From Candidatus Paceibacter sp. (lineage in GTDB: Bacteria; Patescibacteriota; Patescibacteriia; DYGC01), in contig DYGC01000001.1 of the NCBI GenBank assembly GCA_020724925.1, positions 71,228-111,647 on the forward strand: a DNA stretch of 40,420 bases. Direction: 5' to 3'. The notes under the pieces were generated by a model. It saw nothing but the letters and a program-made list of their open reading frames with translations, searched no databases and had not been told where the DNA came from. Of the stretch, positions 1-8,119 are shown in pieces. The first letter of the stretch is position 1, and every line of letters begins with the position of its first letter. The position numbers were made by a program, and so were the translations under genes.

Positions 1-34
1 GTTAAAAACTAAAAATCAAAAAACAGTTGGTCCG

Positions 35-514
35 GTGATTTTGGGTATTGACCCTGGCTATGGCTTGGTGGGAATTGGCGTGATTCAGAAACAAGACCGT
101 AATTGGAAATCTTTGTATCATGGTTGCATTAAAACTGATACTAAGGCTTGTTTTAGTGCTCGTCTATTGCAAATTTCCGAAGACTTGGGCAATATTATTC
201 GGCAATATCAGCCAGTGGCGGCTGTGGTGGAAAAATTGTATTTTAACCGCAACACGACCACCGCGATTGACGTGGCCCAGGCCCGAGGGGTGATTATGCT
301 GACTTTGTTGCAAAACGGCGTTCAGGTTTGCGAATTGACGCCTTTGCAGGTGAAGCAGTTTGTCAGTGGTTACGGGCGGGCCGACAAGGCACAAATGAAA
401 CAAATGATGAAGTTGTTGCTTAGCCTTGATAAATTACCTAGTCCTGACGACGCCGCCGACGCTTTAGCCTTGGCATATTGTTGGGAATCCCATTCCAAAT
501 TTTTAAAATTATAA
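35..514 (+). CDS. ruvC: Crossover junction endodeoxyribonuclease RuvC (Holliday junction resolvase)
   Basis: 159-aa ORF with GTG start. N-terminal MILGIDPGYG (catalytic Asp), EKLYF acidic residue and C-terminal SPDDAADALALA are typical of RuvC. Confidence 0.9.
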   Translation: MILGIDPGYGLVGIGVIQKQDRNWKSLYHGCIKTDTKACFSARLLQISEDLGNIIRQYQPVAAVVEKLYFNRNTTTAIDVAQARGVIMLTLLQNGVQVCELTPLQVKQFVSGYGRADKAQMKQMMKLLLSLDKLPSPDDAADALALAYCWESHSKFLKL

Positions 515-524
515 GTGATAAAGT

Positions 525-1298
525 ATGAAAAAATTATTATTTGTTATCATGGCCTTTTTTTGTGGCACGCCTCTCGCCAGTGCCGCTGATTTGGAATTTT
601 TGGGAGCACCGCATCATTGGTATTTGCCATTTCGTACCCTGTTTGATCACTTAATGCGAGGTGGCTTATCGGCCGATCATTTATTTTGGTTTGTTTTGTT
701 GATTTTAAGTTTGATGATTGTTTTGATCGCCAACCAATTGATTGGTTTGAAGTTTTTCAATATGTATTTGTTAATCATGTGGATTTTCTTTGCTAGTATT
801 TTGGGGCTTCCGTTGTTTCTAATTTCTTTGTTTATTTTTATTCTATTTTCCGCCGGTTTGAATATCATTTTTGTTAGATTTAAGTTTTTGTATTTTTCCA
901 GAATTTCCGCACACTTGGCCGTGGGAATTTTCTGTGTTTTGTTGATTTTATTGGTAGCGATGCAATTTAAAATTAACATTGATGCCACCACAATTCTTGG
1001 CTTGATTGTTTTGCTGTTTTTTACCCAACATTCAACCGTGAAAGACGCCGATCGTTTGGGTTCAGTGTGGTTTGCTTTGGTTTTAAAAAGTTTGGCGATG
1101 ACCTTATTTGTTTACTTTTTGGTTAATTGGAGTGTCGTTAAAAATCTATTCTTGTCTTATCCTGATTTGTTGTTGTTATCAATTCCGATTTTGTTATGGT
1201 TGGGTCGTCGTACCGGCTTGCGTTTATTGGAATTGGATCGTTTTTCCCGTTTGATTCGTAAGGAAATGGATGAGGATTATAAGGATTTAATTTCTTAA
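525..1298 (+). CDS. Signal peptide + ~7-TM integral membrane protein (candidate 7TM partner of the adjacent ATP-grasp protein)
   Basis: 257-aa ORF. N-terminal MKKLLFVIMAFFCGTPLASA signal-like segment followed by about seven hydrophobic helices. Ends 5 nt before the next gene on the same strand. The CDS is well supported; the family assignment is inferred from context. Confidence 0.6.
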   Translation: MKKLLFVIMAFFCGTPLASAADLEFLGAPHHWYLPFRTLFDHLMRGGLSADHLFWFVLLILSLMIVLIANQLIGLKFFNMYLLIMWIFFASILGLPLFLISLFIFILFSAGLNIIFVRFKFLYFSRISAHLAVGIFCVLLILLVAMQFKINIDATTILGLIVLLFFTQHSTVKDADRLGSVWFALVLKSLAMTLFVYFLVNWSVVKNLFLSYPDLLLLSIPILLWLGRRTGLRLLELDRFSRLIRKEMDEDYKDLIS

Positions 1299-1303
1299 GT
1301 TTT

Positions 1304-2728
1304 ATGTTGAAAAAGTTTGTTCAATTTTGGCGAGCACAGCGTAATGTTTTGGGCATTGATGCCCGAGATCTTTTGTATGTGCCCAAAAATTCCAAACAAG
1401 CGGTTTATTTGGCAGACAGCAAATTAGCTTCCAAACGGGTTTTAAAGGAAAACAAGTTACCGAGCAGCCGGGTTTTTGCGGTTATTCATAATCGTCAGGA
1501 ATTAATAGATTTTGATTGGGCAAGCTTGCCTGATTCTTTTGTTTTAAAACCCAATCGTGGCATGGGTGGTGCCGGGATTATTGTTGCCTTTCGCAAAAAA
1601 GGGGATTATTGGTTGTGCGCCGGTGGTCGGCAGGTTGATTTGGAAGGTTTAAAAACCCATATTGTTAATATTTTTGATGGTTTGTTTTCTTTATTTCATC
1701 AAAAAGACATTGCTTTTTTTGAAGAAAGAATCAGTATTGATAATTATTTAAAACAGTTTTCTTATAAGGGCATTCCTGATATCAGAATTTGGTTGTATAA
1801 TTATGTGCCGGTAATGGCGATGCTACGTTTACCAAGCGTTGCTTCCGGGGGAAAGGCTAATTTGGCACAAGGCGGTATTGGCGTTGGATTGGATTTGGGA
1901 ACAGGACAGGGTTTGCACGCAATTGTTAAAGGAAATCAGGTTATTGATACCATTAAAATTAGAAAAAGTGAGCTTTCGATTCACTCTATTAGGATTCCTA
2001 AGTGGAAAAAGATTTTAAAATTATCAATTGAAACCGCCAAGGCTTGTAAAATAAAATTTACCGGTTTGGACGTGGCGATTGATAAAAAAATCGGCCCCTT
2101 GATTTTGGAGGTTAATGCTCGTCCTGGCTTGGAAATTCAGAATGCCAACATGGCACCCTTAAAAGAACGCCTACAACGAGTCGCTAATTTGAAAAAAATG
2201 ACTACGGAAAAGGCTTTAAATATTGGAATATCTTTGTTCGGGGGAAGTGTCGAGCAGGAAATTGAGTTGTTGGCCGGTAAGGAAATTATTGGTTTAAAAA
2301 ACGAAGTTGAAATTATCTCTGAGGAAAAAAGTATTGCTAAGGTGGCGGCCCGCGTTGATAGCACCAATGCTTACACCGTGATTGATCGTGATTTGGCAAT
2401 CAAAACCGGTTTAAAAGAGGCACTCGATACTTTTAAAGAATTTAGCGAAACTTGCCCTTGTTATGATCAGGTGAAAATTGATCGTTGGGCCAAGGATGTG
2501 ATGAAAAAAGTGGCGGAAAAAACTGATTTGATTGAAGATGTTAAAATAGTTCAGACCAAGCATGGTTTGGCAGCTCGGCCGGTTTGTCGCTTTAAATTAA
2601 AACTTTCCGAGACCGAATTTGTAGTGTCGGCGTTGGTGATGTCTAGAAAGCAGGCGGCCCACAAGATTTTGTTGGGACAGGATGCTTTGAAATATTTTTT
2701 GTTTGATGTTAATAAAAAAGACAATTAA
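1304..2728 (+). CDS. Fusion protein: RimK-related alpha-L-glutamate-ligase-like ATP-grasp domain (N-terminal) + DUF785/retropepsin-like 'ATP-dependent zinc protease' domain (C-terminal)
   Basis: 474 aa. ATP-grasp motifs: KPNRGMGGAGI, GIPDIR, PVMAMLRL, GGKANLAQGGIGVGLDL, LILEVNARPGLEIQ. C-terminal ~150 aa: VAARVDSTNAYTVIDRD, HGLAARPVCRFKLKL, ILLGQDALKYFLFDV resemble the DUF785 pattern. Confidence 0.75.
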   Translation: MLKKFVQFWRAQRNVLGIDARDLLYVPKNSKQAVYLADSKLASKRVLKENKLPSSRVFAVIHNRQELIDFDWASLPDSFVLKPNRGMGGAGIIVAFRKKGDYWLCAGGRQVDLEGLKTHIVNIFDGLFSLFHQKDIAFFEERISIDNYLKQFSYKGIPDIRIWLYNYVPVMAMLRLPSVASGGKANLAQGGIGVGLDLGTGQGLHAIVKGNQVIDTIKIRKSELSIHSIRIPKWKKILKLSIETAKACKIKFTGLDVAIDKKIGPLILEVNARPGLEIQNANMAPLKERLQRVANLKKMTTEKALNIGISLFGGSVEQEIELLAGKEIIGLKNEVEIISEEKSIAKVAARVDSTNAYTVIDRDLAIKTGLKEALDTFKEFSETCPCYDQVKIDRWAKDVMKKVAEKTDLIEDVKIVQTKHGLAARPVCRFKLKLSETEFVVSALVMSRKQAAHKILLGQDALKYFLFDVNKKDN

Positions 2729-2730
2729 AT

Positions 2731-3015
2731 ATGGTTTTGAGTGCACAGCAAAAAGCTTGGCTGGAAATGAATTCCGATTTTATCGTGTCTTTTGATTTGC
2801 ATTACCATCATTTGGATGATTTGGAGAGCGTCGTGGAAAAGTTTTTAAATGATTGTTTTTTGGACCGTCATCAAAATTTGTCTTTTGTTCATGGGCATGG
2901 CACTGGTGCTTTGCGTAATAAGTTACATAAAATTTTAGATGGACATCCTTTGGTTAAAGAAACGTGGATGGGCAATAATGGTGGTATCACTTACGTTATT
3001 TTGGATTTATATTAA
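2731..3015 (+). CDS. Smr (small MutS-related) domain protein
   Basis: 94 aa. The stretch LSFVHGHGTGALRNKLHKIL carries the HGxG Smr signature. Starts 2 nt after the previous stop. Confidence 0.8.
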   Translation: MVLSAQQKAWLEMNSDFIVSFDLHYHHLDDLESVVEKFLNDCFLDRHQNLSFVHGHGTGALRNKLHKILDGHPLVKETWMGNNGGITYVILDLY

Positions 3016-3025
3016 AAAACAAAAA

Positions 3026-3523
3026 ATGAAAGCACTGATAATTTCTGATACGCACAATAATTTAGTTAATTTGGAAAAAGTTTTTCGCACCGAGCAAGAC
3101 GCGGATTTTTTAATCCATTGCGGGGATGTTAATGATCCGGAAACTTTGGAATATTTAGTTAGCAATTTTAGCAAAGAGATTTATTTATCTTTAGGAAATT
3201 GCGATCAGGCTTTGTGGTATTGGTGGCAAAAGAAAGACGATAAGCCGGGGCATATTCATGTTTTTAAAGAATGGGGTGAGGTGGAATTCGCTAACCGACG
3301 CTTTGCTTTTTCTCATTATCGTGAAGCGGTGGAGCATATTCGTCAGCAGTATGACGCGGTTTTTTATGGTCATAGCCACCAACCGTTTATTGATGATTTG
3401 CAGGGCGGGCATTGGTTATTGAATTCGGGAAACGTTGCTGGTTTGTATTATCCCCCGACTTACGCCACCTGGGATTTGGGGAAAAATTTTTTTCAACTGC
3501 ATTTGATTAACAATTTAAAATAA
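3026..3523 (+). CDS. Metallophosphoesterase, YfcE/MJ0936 family
   Basis: I use the internal ATG at 3026 (MKALIISDTHNN), not the 2939 start that overlaps the Smr gene. Motifs: DTH, HCGDV, GNCD, GHSH. Confidence 0.8.
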   Translation: MKALIISDTHNNLVNLEKVFRTEQDADFLIHCGDVNDPETLEYLVSNFSKEIYLSLGNCDQALWYWWQKKDDKPGHIHVFKEWGEVEFANRRFAFSHYREAVEHIRQQYDAVFYGHSHQPFIDDLQGGHWLLNSGNVAGLYYPPTYATWDLGKNFFQLHLINNLK

Positions 3524-3528
3524 AAAGT

Positions 3529-4323
3529 ATGGATCAAGCAATCATTCAAAAAAGTTTGGAAATTTTTGAACCATTATTGAAAAAAGTGGGTGCGGAATTG
3601 CGTCGGAAATTTTTAAATAACGATTTTCAGGTCAGTGAAAAAGCCAAACAAGAGTTGGTCACTACCGCCGACAAGCTTTCAGAAAATTATATTTTAACGG
3701 CCATTAAAGAGAATTTTCCCGATCACCATATTTTGAGTGAAGAAAGTGGGGAGTTGGAAAATGACAGTCAATCACCATATTTGTGGGTGGTTGATCCGGT
3801 GGATGGGACGACCAATTTTGTTTATCGAAATCCGTTTTTCGCGATTTCCATCAGTTTGTTTTATGAGAAAGAAGTGATTTTGGGGTTGATTTACAATCCG
3901 ATTTTGGAAGAAATGTATATTGCCAAAAAGGGCGGCGGCGCTTGGTGCAATGGGCAAGCTTTGCGCGTCAGCGACGAGCAATATTTGGAAAATCTTAAAA
4001 TGACTTATTGTTACGGTGCCGGCAAAAAGAGTCGGATGGATGCTTTGAAATTGCATTGTTATTTTAAAGAGCATGGTGATATTCGTCAGCTTGGTTCTTC
4101 CGCCTTGGAATTAGCGTTGCTGGCACGGGGTGTCACTGATGTTTTTATGGTGCCGGGAGCATTGCGTTGGGATGTCGGGGCCGGAGTGTTATTGGTGCGC
4201 GAGGCCGGCGGTAAAGTAATAGATTTTCACGGGGAAGAGTGGCATTACGATAGTACTGATATGTTGGCCGGAAATGGAAGAAGTGAAAACAAGGTCTTGC
4301 CAATTATTCAAAAATTGTTGTAA
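3529..4323 (+). CDS. Inositol monophosphatase family protein (SuhB/IMPase-like)
   Basis: 264 aa. Motifs: SEESG, WVVDPVDGTTNF, WDVGAG. Confidence 0.85.
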   Translation: MDQAIIQKSLEIFEPLLKKVGAELRRKFLNNDFQVSEKAKQELVTTADKLSENYILTAIKENFPDHHILSEESGELENDSQSPYLWVVDPVDGTTNFVYRNPFFAISISLFYEKEVILGLIYNPILEEMYIAKKGGGAWCNGQALRVSDEQYLENLKMTYCYGAGKKSRMDALKLHCYFKEHGDIRQLGSSALELALLARGVTDVFMVPGALRWDVGAGVLLVREAGGKVIDFHGEEWHYDSTDMLAGNGRSENKVLPIIQKLL

Positions 4324-4360
4324 TATACAAACAGTTTTCAATTAATAATCAAATATTTTT

Positions 4361-5839
4361 ATGGCTAAGTTTTTTGTATTTTTCGGTGTGGTGATTTTCG
4401 GTTTGCTGGGTGCCGGGGCGTGGTTTGTCTATAGTGCCACTTCTTTTCCAATGGATGATTGGCAAGGCACCGTGCAATTGCAGGTGGAAAAAGGTCAAGT
4501 TTATGTTAAACAGGGAAATTTGGAATATCAGCTGGTCAAGGAAGATTTGACTTTAGCGACCGGCGATAGCGTTAAAACCGGCGATAATAGTGCTGCCAGT
4601 ATTGTGGTGGGCGAGGGCGCGGTGATGCGTTTGGACGCCAACACCGAGTTGACCATCAATCAAGCGGAAATGTCTTCAATGTGGGAACAACAAGTGAATG
4701 TTAAGGTGAGCGAAGGTAAAATCTGGTTCAGGATTTTGAAGTTGTTCAATGACCAATCACAATGGGAAGTGGAAACTCCGACTGTGGTCGCTACCGTGCG
4801 TGGCACTGCTTTTTCTATCGGGACCGAAGAGTTGTTCGTGGGTGAAAGCCAAGTCGCGGTGAAGGATAAGCGCTTGGGTAATCGCGGCAAGGAAGTATTG
4901 GTTGGATTGGGAGAAGCGATGCAATTTGCCGGTGATGGTCGTGATAAGTTGCAAAAAATCAAATTGGGCCGAGATAAATTGGATGATAATTTAAAACAAT
5001 GGGTTGATAAGAACTTCAAGAACGATGGGAGTTTTCAAAAGTTGGCGCGGGAACGCGTTAATACCCGATTGAAAAAATATATGGGGGCGGAGCCGGGGAC
5101 TTTGAAATATAAGTTACAGCAAACCGCTGAAAATATTCGCGAGAAATTTATTGATGATGAACAGACTAAAAAGCGTTGGGAAAACTTTAAGCAACAACGT
5201 CGTTTGGCTGAAGGGGCGTGGTTGGCGGAAAAAGGTGATGCTAATCAATTGCGTGATTTCTTGAAAGATCAAAAATTGGATAAATCTTTGCGTGAAAAGG
5301 TTTTGCCGGAATTGTTGGGCGAAGAAAAATTGGATTGGCAAAAAATTATGCCGGAGCGTGAAATGCCCGATCGTATTTTTGACTGGAATCAATTTGATAG
5401 CAGTTTTCAACGTTTGAATCGTGATTTGGATTTCAATTTTGATATGAGTGGTTTGGATGCCTGGATGAAATATCAAACTGATAATCCGGAGTATTTCCGT
5501 TTGATTAAGGCCTATACTGATAAATGGTCCAATATTGATTACACTGATCCGGCGCAAATCCAAGCGATGCTTAATAGCCCGGAATATTTAAATTTAGTGA
5601 AGTTTTTCAGTCAGATGTCTGAGGACTTACAATTGCAACGACAACCGTTGAATAACGATCTTGAATTATTAAATACTCGACCGAGTGCCACGACAGGAAC
5701 GGATGAAACCGTTGCCACCACCGGCGAGGAAGTGCCAATGGAAACTTTGGAAGAAGGCCAAACCCAAGTGGTTGAAGAAGAACCGGAGCCGACTCAGGAA
5801 CCGGTTGACGATGAAATTATTTTAGATTTCACTTTTTAA
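4361..5839 (+). CDS. FecR-domain membrane-anchored protein with long charged/acidic C-terminal region
   Basis: 492 aa. N-terminal TM helix. FecR-like pattern TGDSVKTGDNSAASIVVGEGAVMRLDANTEL ... VETPTVVATVRGTAFSI. Acidic tail EEEPEPTQEPVDDE. Confidence 0.75.
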   Translation: MAKFFVFFGVVIFGLLGAGAWFVYSATSFPMDDWQGTVQLQVEKGQVYVKQGNLEYQLVKEDLTLATGDSVKTGDNSAASIVVGEGAVMRLDANTELTINQAEMSSMWEQQVNVKVSEGKIWFRILKLFNDQSQWEVETPTVVATVRGTAFSIGTEELFVGESQVAVKDKRLGNRGKEVLVGLGEAMQFAGDGRDKLQKIKLGRDKLDDNLKQWVDKNFKNDGSFQKLARERVNTRLKKYMGAEPGTLKYKLQQTAENIREKFIDDEQTKKRWENFKQQRRLAEGAWLAEKGDANQLRDFLKDQKLDKSLREKVLPELLGEEKLDWQKIMPEREMPDRIFDWNQFDSSFQRLNRDLDFNFDMSGLDAWMKYQTDNPEYFRLIKAYTDKWSNIDYTDPAQIQAMLNSPEYLNLVKFFSQMSEDLQLQRQPLNNDLELLNTRPSATTGTDETVATTGEEVPMETLEEGQTQVVEEEPEPTQEPVDDEIILDFTF

Positions 5840-5849
5840 TTTTTGATTT

Positions 5850-7799
5850 ATGAAAATCAATAAGCAAAAAATGTGGAAGTGGGGAGTCGGTTTATTTTTG
5901 ATTTTTTTGTTGTCACTTTTTTATCTTAATGATTCTTGGAAAGTTTCCAATGAACAGTGGTGGGACAAGTATTTTGCTTGCACCCCGTCCGAGGTTAGTC
6001 AAAATATTGTTTTGGTGGAAATTGATGATGCCAGTTTGGCGGAATTTGGTATTTGGCCATGGTCCCGCACCACCACCGCCGCTTTGTTGGAAAAAATCCA
6101 GTCCGGCGCGCCCGCCAAGATTGGCGTGGATATTAATTTTGTGGAAAAAACCAACACCGAAGCGGATTTGCTTTTGCAGCGTTTTTTCAATGAAAACGAA
6201 AATATTTATATTCCCATTGAGGGCGAGGGTTTGCGTTTGAATGATAATCAATGGTTGGCGCAGGGTTTTATTCGCCCTTATTATTTGTTGGGACGTACTC
6301 GTCAGGGTCACATTAATTTTATTAACTCTGATGACAATGTCGTTCGGCAGGTACCACAGAGCGTGGCTAGCGGTGCTGATCAATATCAATCTTTCAGTGA
6401 ATTGTTGGCCGGAAAAACTTGGAATAATATCACCAATCGTATTTATTTTTGCCCGGAAAAATATTTTAATCATCTTAGCGCTCTTGATGTGATGAACAAG
6501 TTGAGCGCTGAAGAATTGCAGGGAAAGTTTGCCGGTAAAGTCGTGATGGTCGGTTTGACCGTGGCGGATTTGCACGATTATGTTTATACGCCATTGTCTA
6601 CCGGTGATTATATGTATGGCGTTTATTCGCATGCCAACGCCGTCAATACTTTAATGGCTGATAAGCAATTCCATGATTTGCCTTTTTACTTGGATTTCTT
6701 GCCGTTCTTTTTGATCTTGTTGGGATTTTTAATTTATTTATTACTGACCGAATATTATACCATCACCAATGCTTCGGTTTTGGGTTTGTTGTTGTTATCC
6801 ACTTGGTGGGTGAATATGTTGCTCTTTGACAGTGGTTGGCGCTTTAACGGTTGGTATTACCTTGTCGGTTTGGTTTTGATTTATTTGTATGTGTTGGTGG
6901 TTCATTATATTTTGTTGTTTTTCGCCAAGCAGGATTTACGTCGTACATTTGGTTTCTATTTGTCGGAAAGTGTTTTGAATGAGTTGATTAACAATCCGGA
7001 TTTGGTGAAGTTGGGGGGCGTTCGTCGTCACATGACGGTTTTGTTTTCCGATTTGCGTGGCTTTACTTCTTTGTCGGAAAAATTGAGTCCGGAGCAGTTG
7101 GTGAAAATTTTGAATATTTATTTGACGGAAATGAGTGATGTCGTTTTGAATGAAAACGGTGTCATTGATAAATATATGGGCGATGCCATTATGGCTTTTT
7201 GGGGAGCGCCTTTGGATGATAAACGCCACGCCTTTAACGCTTGTGTTGCCGCTTGGAAAATGAAAAATTTATTGGTGGAATTGAATAAGAATAATGCTTG
7301 GCAGGAAGATGTCATTTTAAAATTGGGTATTGGCGTGAACAGCGGTGAAATGATTGTCGGAAATATGGGGGGCGCCAAGCGTTTTGATTACACGGTGATG
7401 GGCGATAGCGTTAATCTTGGTTCTCGTTTGGATGGTTTGAATAAGATTTATGGCAGTGAAATCATTATCAGTGAAAGCGTGCATGCTCAAGTGAAAGGCG
7501 AGTTTGTTTGCCGTGTTTTGGATAAAGTGGCAGTGAAGGGGAAGACCGAACCGGTGACCATTTATGAGTTATTGGGTCCGTTGGCGGAGGCGAACGATAA
7601 AGCTAAAGCTTTTGCCACGAACTTCGCGGCGATGTTTGATAAATATTTGGCCAAGGATTTTCCCGGTGCTTTGGAGTTATTGGAAAAGATGCCGGCGGAG
7701 GATTTGTCCGTGCAAGTCTATTTGGATCGTTGTCGTGAATATTTAAAAAATCCCCCGGCCGAAAACTGGGACGGGGTGTATGTGTTGAAGACGAAGTAG
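5850..7799 (+). CDS. CHASE2 sensor domain - TM - class III adenylate cyclase
   Basis: 649 aa. CHASE2 pattern VLVEIDDASLAEFGIWPWSRTTTAALL...IGVDINF, followed by TM helices. Cyclase motifs: VLFSDLRGFTSLSE, DKYMGDAIMAFWGAP, GVNSGEMIVGNMGG, TVMGDSVNLGSRL. Confidence 0.85.
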   Translation: MKINKQKMWKWGVGLFLIFLLSLFYLNDSWKVSNEQWWDKYFACTPSEVSQNIVLVEIDDASLAEFGIWPWSRTTTAALLEKIQSGAPAKIGVDINFVEKTNTEADLLLQRFFNENENIYIPIEGEGLRLNDNQWLAQGFIRPYYLLGRTRQGHINFINSDDNVVRQVPQSVASGADQYQSFSELLAGKTWNNITNRIYFCPEKYFNHLSALDVMNKLSAEELQGKFAGKVVMVGLTVADLHDYVYTPLSTGDYMYGVYSHANAVNTLMADKQFHDLPFYLDFLPFFLILLGFLIYLLLTEYYTITNASVLGLLLLSTWWVNMLLFDSGWRFNGWYYLVGLVLIYLYVLVVHYILLFFAKQDLRRTFGFYLSESVLNELINNPDLVKLGGVRRHMTVLFSDLRGFTSLSEKLSPEQLVKILNIYLTEMSDVVLNENGVIDKYMGDAIMAFWGAPLDDKRHAFNACVAAWKMKNLLVELNKNNAWQEDVILKLGIGVNSGEMIVGNMGGAKRFDYTVMGDSVNLGSRLDGLNKIYGSEIIISESVHAQVKGEFVCRVLDKVAVKGKTEPVTIYELLGPLAEANDKAKAFATNFAAMFDKYLAKDFPGALELLEKMPAEDLSVQVYLDRCREYLKNPPAENWDGVYVLKTK

Positions 7800-7863
7800 G
7801 ACCGGGATTCGTCTGATTAAAGGATGGACTATGATTTTGTTTTTTGTTGTTTTATTTTTGTTT

Positions 7864-7913
7864 GTCATCCTGGGTCTGAGCACTGTATGTCAGTGCGAAG
7901 AACCCAGGATCTC
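7864..7913 (+). repeat. GTCATCC-flanked hairpin repeat (family member 1)
   Basis: gtcATCCTGGGT...ACCCAGGATctc with a nested GCACTG/CAGTGC stem. Shares its flanks with the elements at 12095, 12678, 22498-22725 and 26095-26203. Confidence 0.7.
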
Positions 7914-7951
7914 GACTACGGTAGGGATATGATATTGGGATTCTTGTGTAG

Positions 7952-8004
7952 GGGCGTTGCACTGTGTCCACCGTAGCTTTTAGCGAAGGTGGATTGCAAC
8001 GCCC
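7952..8004. repeat. Nested palindromic hairpin (GGGCGTTGCA...TGCAACGCCC)
   Basis: 10-bp outer stem at 7952-7961/7995-8004. Inner stem TCCACC/GGTGGA at 7967-7972/7988-7993. The loop contains tagcgaa. Confidence 0.6.
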
Positions 8005-8054
8005 TTTTCCCGTTAATAAACATGGTCATGTTCATCAGACGAATCAGAGTTCAA

Positions 8055-8090
8055 AACAAAAAAAAACCGCCCTTTTGGGGCGGTTTTTTC
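8055..8090. terminator. Bidirectional rho-independent terminator between the cyclase gene (+) and rnj (-)
   Basis: An A-run, then stem CCGCCC, loop tttt, stem GGGCGG, then a T-run. Lies between convergent gene ends. Confidence 0.8.
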
Positions 8091-8119
8091 GTATATTTCA
8101 GTATATATTCTAAAGACAA

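Noticed and set aside
2939-3025. Upstream-extended starts of several ORFs in the track (2939, 17788, 22024, 35701, 32955)
   Set aside because: Each extension overlaps the preceding gene or an antisense gene end, or it adds non-homologous residues. The internal ATGs at 3026, 17836, 22141, 35836 and 32958 begin at the conserved N-terminal motif, signal peptide or proper SD spacing.
5913-6632. 239-aa ORF on the minus strand (plus smaller ones at 5929-6240 and 6241-6492 on the plus strand)
   Set aside because: It lies entirely inside, and antisense or out of frame to, the CHASE2 cyclase gene, which has strong domain motifs. The translation is low-complexity with no recognisable motif.
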